Shown here: piece by piece, positions 1 to 13,292 of the stretch
Layout: the number at the start of each line of letters is the position of its first letter
How positions within the stretch are numbered: the first letter of the stretch is position 1
NCBI GenBank assembly: GCA_051294375.1
Contig: CM119265.1
Span: forward strand, 29,488,852 to 29,552,851
Length of the DNA: 64,000 nt
DNA from: Paraspadella gotoi
Taxonomy: Eukaryota > Animalia > Chaetognatha
Reading direction: 5' to 3'
The notes under the pieces: model-generated
Told to the model about the DNA's origin: nothing
The model's database searches: none
Seen by the model: only the letters and a program-made list of their open reading frames with translations
Made by a program: the position numbers and the translations under genes

Positions 1-2350
1 AGATAAGGCAGAGCGGGATTGGGCGCAGAGCAATTTATGGGGGCCAGAAGAACGGCACAGCGGAAGAATTGGAGCAGGATAGATAAGAAGAGAAATTTAG
101 GGCGAGCAGGGATAGATAAGGCGAGCGAGGAATAGGGAAGCGGCAAATTTTAGGCGAGAGCAGGATTAGATAAGGCAAGAGTGAGACGAATTTAGGGCCA
201 GAGTCAGGATAGATTAAAGGGCAGGAGCGGAGGGTAAAATTTAGGGTAGCAGATAGATAAAGGCAGAGCTGGGCGGAAACTTTAGGGTAGGAGCAGGATA
301 AGATAAGGCAGAGAAGGATTTGGGTAGCAGTATACACTAAGGGCAAGTATAAGGGTTAGAACAGGATAGAATAAGGGCCACAGTGGGACGGATTTTGGTT
401 CACCGCAAGGTTTAGGATAAGGGGCCAGAGCTGGTCGGGAATATTTTTTATCAGTAGCCACGGCCTAGGAATAAGGGCCAGCGCCGGGGGGATATTTAGG
501 CGCAGAGCGGCTAGGATAAGGCCAGAGCAAGGGAGATATTTAAGGGCAGAGCAGGCATAGATATGGCAGATCGAAGTGAATTTAGGCAGAGCTGGCTAGA
601 TAAGGGTCAGAAGTGGGGAGGGTTATTTAAGGTCCCGAACCAGGTTAGGATAAGGCGCATAGTGGAAGGGAATTTAGGCAGAGCTGGCTAGTACTAAAGG
701 GCAGTCATGGCGGGATTTAGGTCGAGCAGGTGTAGATAGAGGATTACAAAACCCTGGCAAAGCAGCTGGCTCGGAGAGGAAATATTCCAGGCCCATAGCC
801 CCAGGATAGATAAAGGCAGAAGATACTAGCAGACGTCTGGGAGGAATTTATGGGCGAGAGCAGGGATATGGAATTAAAGGCAGAACAGCTGGAGGGGGAT
901 AAAGGGCAGATCAGGATAGTAAAGGCAGAGCGGACATTAGGGAATTAGGGCAGAGCCAGGATCAGGATAGATAGGCCAGACATGCAGACGCGCCGCCGGG
1001 GACCGGCGGAATGTCCTAGGGGTTGGGCGTATGTTTTGACCAATGTCTGGGCAAAAATAAGCATAAAAAAGGTAAGAAAATTCCTAAAATTGCAACTTTA
1101 TTTCATTATAAAAGTGAGGAATGAACAACAATTGGATAAATATTTATCAACATATATAAAAAAAATGTAATTAAATTTGCAATTTTCACTTCCTCGCCCA
1201 GTACGCTATGATTACTGCTTATAAATTAGTATTAACCGCTATAAATTTTAAAATGTTCAAAATTGCTTTTTGTTAGATTTTTCTTTGCCACATTTAAAAT
1301 CGTCATGAAAAGTTCGATTTAAAAAAAAAAATATTATAGGTCCGGTCTGGGATCTGGCCAAAGTCCTGTCTGGGTCTTAGCAAAACAACACAGTTTAATT
1401 CAGAAGCCGTGATTCGGGTTTCTACCAGGGCTAGAGGAGTCAGAGAGATGAGAGAGAGAGAGGAACAAACATAGAAACAGAGGATAGCGAGTTTTCCAAT
1501 TTCCATTCGATTGAATCCCAGAGCATACCAAAATGTTTATCGATGTCGCTAGGACGAAGCCAAACCTGAGGGGAAGACGAGAGGGTTTTGATGCAGCCCG
1601 CCGGGACACTCCACGTAGGCGCCGGTGGGCATCCAGAGTGTGTGTTTGAGGTGTGGCATCAGAATGGTGGTTTGTGACGGTGGCATCAGAAAATGCGTGG
1701 TTTAGTACGACGGCATCTCAGAATGGTGGTTGTTGAGGGTATTGCTCGGCATCAGAGATGTGTGGTTTGAGTTCTCGGAGGGCGGTCTGAGTCTAGGACA
1801 TCAGAGATGGTGTCCGTGGGTATGCATGGCATCAGAAATTGGGTCGGATAAGGTCCGGCATTCAGAAATGGGGTGGAACGCGGTTGTGCATCAGAGATAG
1901 TCTGGTTTAGGTTGTTGGCATCAGAGATGGTGGATTATGTGTGGCACAGACAGAGGATGCGAGCGTTATGCTTGAGTAAACAGAGATGGTGGTTGTTGTA
2001 GTTTGATAAGGAGTCCTGCGTGTGGGTGGCGTACTCTAGTGGATGTTGGGTTAGTGTATAAGGACCGTGCCCATTCACGAATTAATTTCCCATTGAAGTT
2101 GGAGCGGCATGTAGGTGGGCTTGGGGGCATCCTCCCAGAGATGCGTGGATTGGACGATAGCATTGGCAAGTATCGTCTCGGTCAAGAATGTAGCTAGTTC
2201 ATCGTAGATGGCGGGTTGAGGTACTGGCATAATCTCCTCAGGATCCGCGAATGAGTGCTTATGTCGTGGCGTGAGACTGCCCTAAGTATGCGGCATCAGA
2301 ACTACATGGTGGTATCTAGGTGGCATCAGGGATAATATGCAGGGTTGGTG
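1..2350 (+). repeat. Error-rich duplicate of 7096-~8600 (41-bp satellite, unique spacer, 24-bp repeat)
   Basis: Same order of blocks as 7096-8600 (e.g. ccagtacgctat, ggcaaagtcctgtctgggtct, gaagccaaacctgagggga) but with many insertion errors. The pattern is typical of an uncorrected long read used as gap fill. Confidence 0.85.
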
Positions 2351-3531
2351 AGTTTCGCTCTGAGGTGGCGATTCAAGAGTGGAGGGAGGGAGAGTGAGGA
2401 GAGGTGGGGGGAAGAAGGGGGAAGAAAGAAGGAAGAGACAGAGGCGAGTGAAGTTGGAAATATAGAATAAAAAGTTAATACGAATTAAAGATATATTTAT
2501 CAATTGATAAGATTGATGGTGAATAGGTATAATGAAAGCAATGAATATAATGTATTTAATGCTAAACTAAATGTAAACCAGATACAAAAACAAATGAGCG
2601 AATTAAATAATCAATTGAGCGAATTAAGATCGAATTTGTAAAAAAATCGATCATAGATTTCAAGCCGAAAATCTTAAGCCGCAAGAGTCCGATGTCCTCC
2701 TCGAAAGACGAAGCGCGAAGGGTCTAAATAGCCCCCGATCATCTGTAGAGGACAGAGACTTTTATGATGATCATCTCTGAGGATTGGTGTGGTAGCAATT
2801 GCTTTAATTTAGGAGAGCCCAGGACAATTTTGTTTTTCTATAGTCTTAGTAATTTCTTAATTCTTGAATTGTGAATAAGTAATCTGAGGTCTCTTGTACT
2901 AAATCTCACACAAATCCGTAATCTTAGTCATCCCCGAATTTTAGACGTACCGGTGTCTGTTTATGGGCTTAATAAAACGGGCGACTACCTAGACGACGAT
3001 ATAAAAAGGGATCATAAACGTCTCTTTTCTCTCCTCTCTCTCTCTCTCCTCTCTCTCTCTCCTCTCTTCTTCAAGATCTTTGCACTCCTCAAAATGCGAT
3101 TTTAGCTAATCTTCACTCCGGCAAGATTTTTCCTTTCGGTCCCGAAGGTCGCGGGATCGAGTCCTTTTATCTTCTTTCTTATCTCTGGGATTATCACTAT
3201 TTAGATTTTTTTATCAAAGCGTCACTACTTCTAATACTTAAATATATTTAATGTTCACTACTAATTTTTTATGTGATCAAATTTGAGAAAATTTTTATTC
3301 TTTTTTATAATGCATAATCATAATTTGCTTGAAAAACTTCATTCGTGACTTTGTATATTATTTATATTAATGCTATTTTAATTTTCTTTCAAATACTATT
3401 ATAACTTTATCTGAAAATTTATTCTATTGAAATAAAACAAACTTTGCTCAAGAAAAGTGACCAAAAAAAAATAGTCCAAACAAATGATCATTTTCTAAAG
3501 TGAAAAGAAAATCTTTGTACTTTCTTAACCT

Positions 3532-4680
3532 TTTTAGTCGGATCTGCTTATCAGCAGATCCCGACTCTATAACTCACTTTTTTATAAACTCACTTTTTCG
3601 GTCCGTGGTCCGCCCCCGTCAATTTGTCGGCACACACACTTATATCAATGTCAGAACATCGACATTAATGATAATTAATGGAAAAAAATGATGTCCGTCG
3701 TCCGTGTCTGTGTCCGTACCGTCCTAACCGCCACCACTCGTCACCGTCCGTCCGTCCGTCCGTCGCGTCCGTCCGTGCCTCGTCCCGGTCCGTCCGTCCC
3801 GTTCCGTAAGCCGTCCGTCCGTCGCCGTCACAGCCCCGTCCGGGCCCGTCCGTGCCGACCGTAGATCCGTCCCAGGTTCCGTCTCGTCCGTCCGTTCCGT
3901 CCCACCTTAGCAAAAAACACCAATTTCGTGTTGGAACATGGATGGATTTAAATGAATTTAGGTGTGTGGATATGGTAAGTGTGGTGATTGAGCTGGATAT
4001 TAAGTTTCGGATGGATCAGCGGTGAGATGAGTTTAAATGGAACAAAAAAACATATATTCTATTTGAACACCATTCTCTGGTGGTAGGGCTGAATTGACCT
4101 GGAATTTTGTTGTGGGTAAGGGATAGTGTGTTGAACAGGAAATCAAGTTCGATGGAATAGTTTTGAGTGGTGGTTTAGTGAACCTGTTTTAACTAAGTGA
4201 TTATGCTTCTTTTTCCTTTTAATATTAAATGTATCTGCAGGATGTATTAATAAAATCAAATAATTAATAGTTAATTACTCAATATGTATATATTTCAATA
4301 ATTAATTAATTGTCCTCTTCGTCCATCCGTCCATCTTAGCAAAAAGCTGGGCCCAATAACCAATGATCGATTGGCTGGTTGGCATTGGCACTTAAATTTT
4401 TGGCTGCGTGTGGGTAGGAGTGTGGTGTGGATATAAAATTTCACGTATGGAATCGGTGAAAGTGGAAATGTTTTGGAGACATAAGATTTGACGATTTTTT
4501 ATTTTATTTAATTTACTCTTTACCATTAATTAGGATGGTAGTTAGTTTGAAATTTTTGTCGTGGTGGGTAGGAAAACCGTCATGACGAAGCTGATATATT
4601 ATTCAAGTGGGAGGACATGAGTTTAAATGAAAAAAATATGAAGTCACATTTCTTGAACTCCGGTTTTATTTTTTTCTTAG
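3532..4680 (+). mobile_element. DINE-1/Helentron-like non-autonomous element (noisy copy)
   Basis: Begins TTTTTAGTCGGATCTGCTTATCAGCAGATCCCGACTCTATA, followed by a (GTCC)n microsatellite and the same core as the copies at 26154 and 48494. The right end is approximate. Confidence 0.7.
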
Positions 4681-6836
4681 ATTGAGATGAAGTTGGTGAA
4701 GCCGGTGGGAAAGGTGAGTGAAGAAGCTAGATATAATTTTGACGTGATGCAAAGTTGAAAAAAAATTATGCAAGTTGAAAAAATGATCGCGCAAGTTAAA
4801 AAAACCTCTTAAAGATGAGTGTATTGATAACAAAGGAGCAGAGGAGGAGTTGGATTTGAGTTGTTGTTTTCGTTTCGGCCCCTCGTTCTTATTATCATTC
4901 AAAAGTATTGGCCTTCGGCTGAATTGTTAAAAAAACCGCTTTTAGTTTCTCGATCGCTTGTATTTTATTCCAGTCGTGTTTTGACCGCGTAACAATTTGT
5001 AATTCGCTCACCCCGTTTTAATTTTCGTTTGTTTCACGTTATTTATATGTCTGTCTTCTTTTTAATTTTAGGCCTAAAATAAGATTCGTCAAATTATTCA
5101 GGAGTTAGTAATAACGACCAACTAGGTGGCTCTGCTGTATATTCGATACCCGAAGTGTCGTCTCACTTGTATCGCTTACCGTCAATAACCCGCTCCTTAC
5201 ACTGTGGGATGTGGTGCGAGTTTTGGGCATGTTAGAGCTAATATGGGTTGCCCATTTAGAGGTCCACACTTAGGATCTTATTCCCGTCGAATGTTAAGGA
5301 GATTCAAAAGATATAGGGAGTATTGGCTAGGGTGGGGGCGCGCTGGGTTGGCTGTGTTTAATTATTTCCACTCTTCCAATGCAGTGGCCACTGTATGGCT
5401 TCGCATGCAGTCTTTCCGCGCGTGGATGTGGATGTAGCTATTGCATATTGACGGGTCCTATGTCCCTGCGATGCGTGGTTCGGGTTAAGAGCTGAGAGCT
5501 ATTGGGCTTGTCTGGCTATGGATTGCCGTACTTCAGCCGTCTGGCGAGAGTTAGGACGCGAAAACCCAATCCTGAACGGGTCCCAGGGCTCCAAGGTCGT
5601 TGAGCTCTATCTAACGCTGAGCCTCTCGTCATGCACACGTAGAGCCCGAAGAAAACTCCTTGCTACCAGCGGTTGAGCCTCCATTACTTGCGGCTTTGGG
5701 CGACGTAAAGAACCGGAAAAACCCGTTAAAGAATTACCATGAAATCATATGGAAATTCGCCACACTGTACGCGTCGAACCTATTTTTCTTTTGCGAGGCT
5801 TTTCTTTTTAATCATCTCCCAAAAACTAGACAAGTGATATGCGTCGTTAAAAACATTAAATCGTTTGTCGGGAGACTTACCCCTTGGACATTTGCCATGT
5901 GCATAAGTGTTCGTCTTGACGGAGGCGCCATTAGCTGGGATCCCAATGTGCATTATGGCCTTTCCTGCCAAAAGTGACTAAGGAAGCACACATATAAGCT
6001 GCGGACAAAAGGGAAACCATTTGCTCTTTCAGAATGTCGGCCACCGGGCCCATTAAGGCTGGATGTAGGTTAAGATTGCCTCTTTTGAGATTTAGAAAAA
6101 CAATAGAGTAAGGCCCCTGCTGAGCCGTCAATACTTATATAGAATAGCGTTGAGACGCTCGCAGTCTCTGTGTAATTCCCTTTCTAGGGTTTTCATACCG
6201 ATTTCTAAGATGTTCCGTTTGTGTGAGTTACGACGGGGAGCTATTGGGTATTTCTTATCATTAAATACATATACATTTTAATTTTGCGAGTTATTTTTGC
6301 TGCGTCTCTCTGGATATGCTGATTTCGTCGCGTGCACGGTCACTAAAATGGATATTATTTTTCTAAACTTGACCATGGAGTGCGACGACCTAACAAATGG
6401 ATTACTCGCCAAATATCAACAAAATCTGAATTAAAATAATCGAGCCATTTTACCTATTTCGCACGGTATAACCATGTGTCTTTTACCGGTCGAATTATAA
6501 ATTTATATGTCAATTGTTTGGTTTCTCGATTCATAACCAGCGAATTTGTCGTCTAATTTTGATATATTTCGGAGTTATTGTCGAATTTTATTTTTCTTCG
6601 TATGCATATATCTGCGCGTTGTTCCATTAGTCCTTCATTTGTCGTTTGGGCGTTATTAGCCATCTTCGGTGCGCACTATGCCTCTGTCGCGACATACTCT
6701 GGGACTCGGAAACGGAATTATATTCGGAAAAATCTAAAACCAAAGGACAAAAGAGCATCGTTCGTATGTCTTTGTATTTTTCATCTCTCTATGGAAAATT
6801 TAACACGTTTTNNNNNNNNNNNNNNNNNNNNNNNNN

Positions 6837-7720
6837 GGGAATTTAGGGGAGAGCAGGATAGATAAAGGCAGAGCGGAGGGAATTTAGGGGAGAGCAGGAT
6901 AGATAAAGGCAGAGAGAGGGAATTTAGGACNNNNNNNNNNNNNNNNNNNNNNNNNNNNNNNNNNNNNNNNNNNNNNNNNNNNNNNNNNNNNNNNNNNNNN
7001 NNNNNNNNNNNNNNNNNNNNNNNNNNNNNNNNNNNNNNNNNNNNNNNNNNNNNNAATTTAGGGTAGAGCAGGATAGATAAAGGCAGAGCGGGGGGAATTT
7101 AGGGGAGAGCAGGATAAATAAAGGCAGAGGGGAGGGAATTTAGGGTAGAGCAGGATAGATAAGGGCAGAGCGGAGTGAATTTAGGGTAGAACAGGATAGA
7201 TAAGGGCACAGTGGGGGAATTTTGGTCACAGCAGGTTAGATAAGGGCAGAGCTGGGGGAATTTTGAATTTTTATCAGAGCAGGCTAGATAATGGCAGCGC
7301 GGGGGAATTTAGGGCAGAGCAGGCTAGATAAGGGCAGAGCAGGAGAATTTAAGGCAGAGCAGGATAGAATGGGCAGATCGGAGTGAATTTAGGGCAGAGC
7401 TGGCTAGATAAGGGAGAGTGGATGGGTATTTAAGGCCGAACAGGTTAGATAAGGGCAGAGTGGAGGGAATTTAGGGCAGAGCTGGCTAGATAAAGGCAGA
7501 GTGGCGGGAATTTAGGGTCGAGCAGGTTAGATAAAGGCAGAGCTGGAGGAATTCAGGCATAGCAGGATAGATAAAGCAGAGCGGGGGGAATTTAGGGCAG
7601 AGCAGGATAGATAAAGGCAGAGCTGGGGAATATAGGGCAGATCAGGATAGATAAAGGCAGAGCGGAGGGAAATTTAGGCAGAGCAGGATAGATAAGGCAG
7701 AGCGGGGGGAATTTAGGGTT
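6837..7720. repeat. 41-bp tandem minisatellite (GGGAATTTAGGGCAGAGCAGGATAGATAAAGGCAGAGCGGA-like)
   Basis: Visible tandem units, interrupted by an N gap at 6931-7094. Confidence 0.95.
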
Positions 7721-7744
7721 GGTTTTGACATGTCTGGGCAATAA

Positions 7745-7975
7745 AGCATAAAAGTAAGAAACTAAATTCAACTTTATTTCAAATTATAAAAGTGAGGAAT
7801 GGAACAACATTGGAGTAATATATAATATATATAAAAAAATTATTAATTTTGCAATTTTCGCCAGTACGCTATATTTATAAATAGTATTAACCCTATAAAT
7901 TTTAAAATTCAAAATGTTTTTTGTAGATTTTTTTGCACATTTAAAATCGTCATGAAAGTTATAAAAAAATATATA
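7745..7975. mobile_element. Single arm of the fold-back MITE family seen at 47308-47924
   Basis: Shares aaaagtgaggaa.gaacaacatt, cagta.gctatattta and cgtcat.aaagtt with the 47.3 kb element. Confidence 0.55.
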
Positions 7976-8039
7976 GGTCCGGTTGGTCCTGGCAAAGTCC
8001 TGTCTGGGTCTTGCAAAACAACACAGTTTTTAATCAGAA

Positions 8040-9590
8040 GCGTGAATCGGGTTCTACCGGTAGAGACAGAGAGAGAGAGAGAGAGGACAAACAGAGAAAC
8101 ACAGAGAGCGAGTTTCAATTCCATCTCGATTCGAATCCCAGAGGCAAACAATGTTATCGATGTCGCTGACGAAGCCAAACCTGAGGGGAAGAGAGAGGGT
8201 TGAGGTGGATCAGAGATGGTGTTTTGAGGTGGCATCAGAGATGGTGTTAGGTGGCATCAGAAAATGGTGGTTTAGTTGGCATCAGAAATGGTGGTTGAGG
8301 TGGCATCAGAGATGGTGGTTGAGGTGGCATCAGAGATGGTGGTTGGGGTGGCATCAGAAATGGTGGTTTAGGTGGCATCAGAAATGGTGGTTGAGGTGGC
8401 ATCAGAGATAGTGGTTTAGGTGGCATCAGAGATGGTGGTGGGTGGCACAGAGAATGGAGGTTGAGGTGACAACAGAGATGGTGGTTGAGGTGCATCAGTG
8501 ATGGTGGTTTAGGTGGCATCAGAAATTGTGGTGAGGTGGCATCAGAGATGGTGGTTGAGGTGGCAATCAGAGATGGAGGTAGTGGCATCAGAGATGGTGG
8601 TTGGGGTGGCATCAGAAATGTGGTTTAGGTGCATCAGAAATGGTGGTTGAGGTGGCATCAGAGATGGAAGTTGAGTGGCATCAGAATGGTGGTTGAGGTG
8701 GCATCAGAGAGGAGGTTGAGGTGGCATCAGAGATGGTGGTTGAGGTGGCATTCAGAGATGGTGGTTTTGGTGGCATAGAAATGGTGGTTGAGGTGGCATC
8801 AGAGATGTGTGTGTTAGGTGGCATCAGAGATGGTGGTTGAGGTGGCATCAGAGATGGTGGTTGAGGTGGAAAACAATTGTTGGTCGGTTCTAAGTTTTGG
8901 AAGAAGCGTGGTGGTCGAAGTGGCTGATGGTTCAGGTGCCACCTGAGTAGGAGTGCCACTTTGATAAGCGCCGACGGAAAGACTTAAGTGGCGGCAGTGG
9001 TGGCGGTTTGTGGCAGGGTGCGGTTGTGGTAGTATTGGCGGTTGTGGCAGTGGTGGCGGTTGTGGCAGTGGTGCGGTTGTGGCAGTGATAGCGGTTGTGC
9101 AGTGGTGGCGGTTGTGGTAGTATTGGCGTTGTGGCAGTGGTGCGGTTGTGCAGGGGTGGCGGTTGTGGACAGTGGTGGCGGTTGTGTTGTATTGCGGTTG
9201 GGCAGTTCTGGCGGTTGTGCAGTGGTGGCGGTTGTGGCAGTGGTGGCGGTTTTGGTTGTATGGCGGTTGTGGCAGTTTTGGCGGTTGTGGCTGTTTTTGG
9301 CGGTTGTGGCAGTGGTGTCGGTTTGGTAGTATTGGCGGTTGTGCAGTGTATGGCGGTTGTGTTTTATTGGCGGTTGTGGCAGTTTTGGCGGTTGTGGCAG
9401 TGGTGGCGGTTGTGGCAGGGTGGCGGTTGTGGCAGTGGTGGCGGTGTTTGTAGTATTGGCAGTTGGGGCAGTGGTGGGTTGTGGCAGTGGTGGCGGTTGT
9501 GGCAGTGGCGGGCGGTTGTCGCAGTGATGTACTACTGTAATACTGGCAGTAATGGTGACAGCGGTGGGAGTGACGCAGTAACGATGCGTT
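8040..9590 (-). CDS. Putative Ser/Thr-rich mucin-like terminal exon with a hydrophobic (GPI-signal-like) C-terminus, frameshifted by sequencing errors
   Basis: An 18-bp repeat reads TATTAT-type and a 24-bp repeat reads TSTTISDA. The unique linker QSGTPTQVAPEPSATSTTT is in frame with the 24-bp repeat. It is followed by SGLASSATSITLFASGIRIEMELKLALCVSLFVLSLSL. Ends are approximate. Confidence 0.4.
8197..8869. repeat. 24-bp tandem repeat (GAGGTGGCATCAGAGATGGTGGTT)
   Basis: Direct observation. A second copy lies at about 17190-18650. Confidence 0.95.
8990..9525. repeat. 18-bp tandem repeat (GGCGGTTGTGGCAGTGGT)
   Basis: Direct observation. A second copy lies at about 18780-19240. Confidence 0.95.
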
Positions 9591-10067
9591 TTACAAAATT
9601 GACGAATTTACGTAAAGGAATTTATGATTGGAAAAAAATTAATTTCGTTAAAAAACATTAAATCAATATTTTATTATAGAGGGAATGAAGGGGATTATAT
9701 ATTGTTAAAAATCGACATTTTTTGTTGGACAATTGATTAAACGGACATTAAAAAAAGGAAAAAAGAGTAGAACTATCGATTCAAACGACGACTACATTCG
9801 CTTTGACTGCAAAATTTCAAAACAGTTTTTTTTTTTTTTTATTTAATTGATTATTTAGTAAATCTCATCGACTATTTCCAACTGTTTTTCTTTTTATTCT
9901 TTTTTTTCTTTCTTTTCTTTCTTTCTTTTTCTTTTTTTAAATATCTTTCTTTCTTTCTTTTTCGCTCTTATTTTTATTTTATTTTTTTCTTTCTTTTTCT
10001 GTCTTTCTTCTGTTCTCTTACTTTTTCCCTCGAGTAGGGGGTCTTAGTGGATTGCAAGTTGGAAATG

Positions 10068-10124
<57 letters not shown>

Positions 10125-10307
10125 ATAAAAAATCTAATAAGGGGAGAAGAGAAGAGAAGAATCAAATTTCTCCAAGACAAAAGTCTTTTTTTTTCTAATC
10201 GACAGAATTTGTCTTCTCTTTTTTAGTCATTCACTTTTAACAATTTTTTATTTACTTTTTCAAAAGTAAATGATTTCCTGTTATTTTAAGACTTTGCTCC
10301 ACCCCCT

Positions 10308-10358
<51 letters not shown>

Positions 10359-11884
10359 GTCTCTTTCTCTCTCTCCTCTCTGTCTCTCTCTCTGTCTCTC
10401 TCTCTCTCTCTGTCTGTCGCGGAGACAAAAATCGATTTATCACCGAAAGATAAAAAAACAACAAATTTTATTTACTTTTCTTGATAACCTAATTAATAAA
10501 TTTGCCTTAAAAAGCTTAAGATTTTAAAACCAAGATTTTTTTTTTTGGAGCAAAAAAAAAGAATCCCGCCAAAGGATTTTTCCCACTCTCTCTCTCTCTC
10601 CTTCCTCTCTCTCTCTTCTCTCTCTCTCTCTTCTCCTCCTTCACTTCGCTTTTAAATTCTTTTTCTCCCACTCCCTTCAACTCTCTCTCATCACATTAAG
10701 TAAGGGAGTTTCGTTTGTTTTTTTACGCCTCCAAAAGCAGCTTCGGTTTATTTTTCTTTAAAAGGAATTTTTTTATTTCCAGATTCATGGACGCATTTTT
10801 ATTCTGTAAAAACAACTGGTAAGTAGTCAATCTGCTTGTTTCGTGTAGATTTTAATGTATGAAAATGTAAAAAAATACAATGTTTTGTTTTAAAAACTTA
10901 ACTGTTTAGGAGTACAACAAGTTGAATTTTCTCAGCTGGCATTTTTATTAATGTCAAAATCATAGTCAAGTTCAATCACAAAATCTAAATGTCAGCTCCG
11001 GGTCTCCGAGGTGCCAAGCTCTGGGTCTACCGAGTACCAGTTCGGGTCCACCGAGGTGCCACGGTTCTGAACAAACGAAAACTTCTTCGTGCGGTGCCAG
11101 ACACTTTGAAAGATAAAGTTAAAACGATTCAAAAAAATTTACAAAAACTAAATGAAAGTTAAATTTTTTGAAAATGTTTTCCCGCAGATTTTACCGCAGT
11201 TGAAAAGACGTTTATCCTTAAAAGGTTGAAAAGACGTTTTCCTTTAAAAATTTACTACAAAATCTGTTTTTACTTTTTTTTTTTAAATTATAAGAAGAAT
11301 TTATTCCGAATCGTTTTGAATTACAAAGAAATAATTTGGACTCAATTTAGATTTAAATTTGATTTAGATTTAGATTTTGTTAAATCTTAGTTTGTATTTC
11401 CTCGCAGATTGATTAAAACTGCTTGTTTGATTGTTTGCTTGTTTGTTTGTTTGCTTTTTGTTGGTTGACTCGTTAGTTGATTCTAAAAAGGTACAGTAAA
11501 GTATTGGATCAGTGAAACATTCAAAAAAAAAAAAACCATTAGTTAAATATTTTTTTATTATATATGATATTGTATATGTTAATGTTAAACGTAGTAATGA
11601 AAAGATACCATTGTCAAATTGTTTATTTATTTAGAATATGTTAGGATGAAAGTAGGGATATTCGAATTCATTCTACCTTATGTTTTTTTTGTTCTTTTAT
11701 TCTAAAGAGAAATTAGAAAAAGGAGGAACAGGAAAAAAGAACAGAAGAAGAACAAAATAGAGAAGCAAAATAGAGAACAAAGAAGACAAAAGCAAGACCA
11801 AAAGGCCAATGAAATAAAAAAGAAAAAACCTTTAAAAACTAAATTTGGAACCATAAATTTTTCTGATGGACTCTAGCTACGTAA

Positions 11885-11950
<66 letters not shown>

Positions 11951-12640
11951 TCTCTTTCTCTGTATAAAATCGCGATGACGGATTAATTAAAAGATGATGA
12001 CGACATTCTGGTGAAAAAGAAAACAAAATTGTAGTGAGTGAGTGAGTGTGAATTGATTATAAAGAAGGAGAAAGAGAGATTTGATGTGAAGTGACTGCAC
12101 AGAGATAGTAGAAATGTGTGATTGTTTGGTTAAATAGTCTGTAGATTATTAATAAATAGAGAGGTCATTATAATTAAAATCAACTATAATGTTAAGAAAT
12201 TGATAACCGCTTGACAAAAAATTATCATCATCCACTATTACGAAGTTTTTCAACGGAGTCATATAAGTCATGTGATTAGATTTTCAAGAAATTCTTTACT
12301 ATTTTAAAAATTAATTACCTTCGAGATTTGTGGTTTGGCGGAAAAGTAACTAAGAAATCACGACAATTTGATTACATTTCTTGAAAAAAAAAACTTGAAC
12401 TCTGGGTTGAAACTTTTTTTTGAACACTTGAACAAACAAACTTTATTTTTTTCGTTTTCTATATTTTAACAATATATTCAACAGATCTCAACTTGATAGA
12501 TTTTTAATGATGATGTAGTCAATGAAATGAGACGAATTTCAAAAAGTAAAATAAATAATTTGGATTTGAATGATATTGGAATATTCGTAGTATATCTAGG
12601 TACGTTACGAAAAAAAAAGAGAAAGAAAGAAAGAGAGGAA

Positions 12641-12676
<36 letters not shown>

Positions 12677-13005
12677 GAAAGAAAGAAAGAAAAAGAAAAG
12701 AAAGAAGAAAGAAAGAAAGAAAAGAAGAAAGAAAAAAGAAAAGATATTCTGATATATATTTAAAATTTGCACCTGACTTATACAATCCAATCGATTCAAT
12801 TTCTATCCTATAATTTTTTATCTATCCGATTCATCGTATGTTTTTTTTGATTTAAACTATCCATTTTTAATTCATTTTCATCATTAAACCCCATTCTTTG
12901 AGACAAGAGCCTTCCGTCAAGACAAGAGCCTTCAGTCAAGACAAGAGCCTTCAGTCAAGAGTCAATCGCCACAGTTATTAATAGTTTTTTGATATTAACT
13001 AAAAC

Positions 13006-13292
13006 TTTTTAGTCGGATCTGCTTGATCAGCAGATCGCGACTTTGAAAAAAAAAACGATGTCCATCCGTCCGTCTGTCTGTTCCTATGTCCGTCCGTCCG
13101 TCCGTCCATCGTCCGTCAAAACAAACATTTCGGATCAAATTAATAATTAATTGCCAAATTAATTAAATAATTAACTTGAATAAATTAATTATTTATTAAT
13201 TAAAAAATTAACTTGAATAAATTAATTATTAATTAATTAATTACCGATAATGATCGAGGGCAGTTCCGATATTGTTTGCTCAAACTTGTTTT
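13006..13292 (+). mobile_element. DINE-1/Helentron-like element, internally deleted (duplicated at 22722-23008)
   Basis: 5' subTIR GTCGGATCTGC with partial inverted repeat, (GTCC)n, TAAT-rich tract, degenerate 3' subTIR GCAGTTCCGAT and terminal hairpin GTTTG-CT-CAAAC, with T-rich flanks. Confidence 0.75.

Noticed and set aside
4900-6811. GC-richer sequence that might be exons or a retroelement
   Set aside because: Low-quality fill sequence with no recognisable protein motif in any frame.
6837-7720. TTTAGGG motif suggesting telomeric repeat
   Set aside because: It occurs once per 41-bp unit and is not tandemly reiterated, so this is an ordinary minisatellite.
10783-10818. Small + strand exon-like segment (ccag|ATTCATGG...CTG|gtaagt)
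   Set aside because: The splice signals are good, but the length differs between the duplicate copies and no partner exons could be linked.
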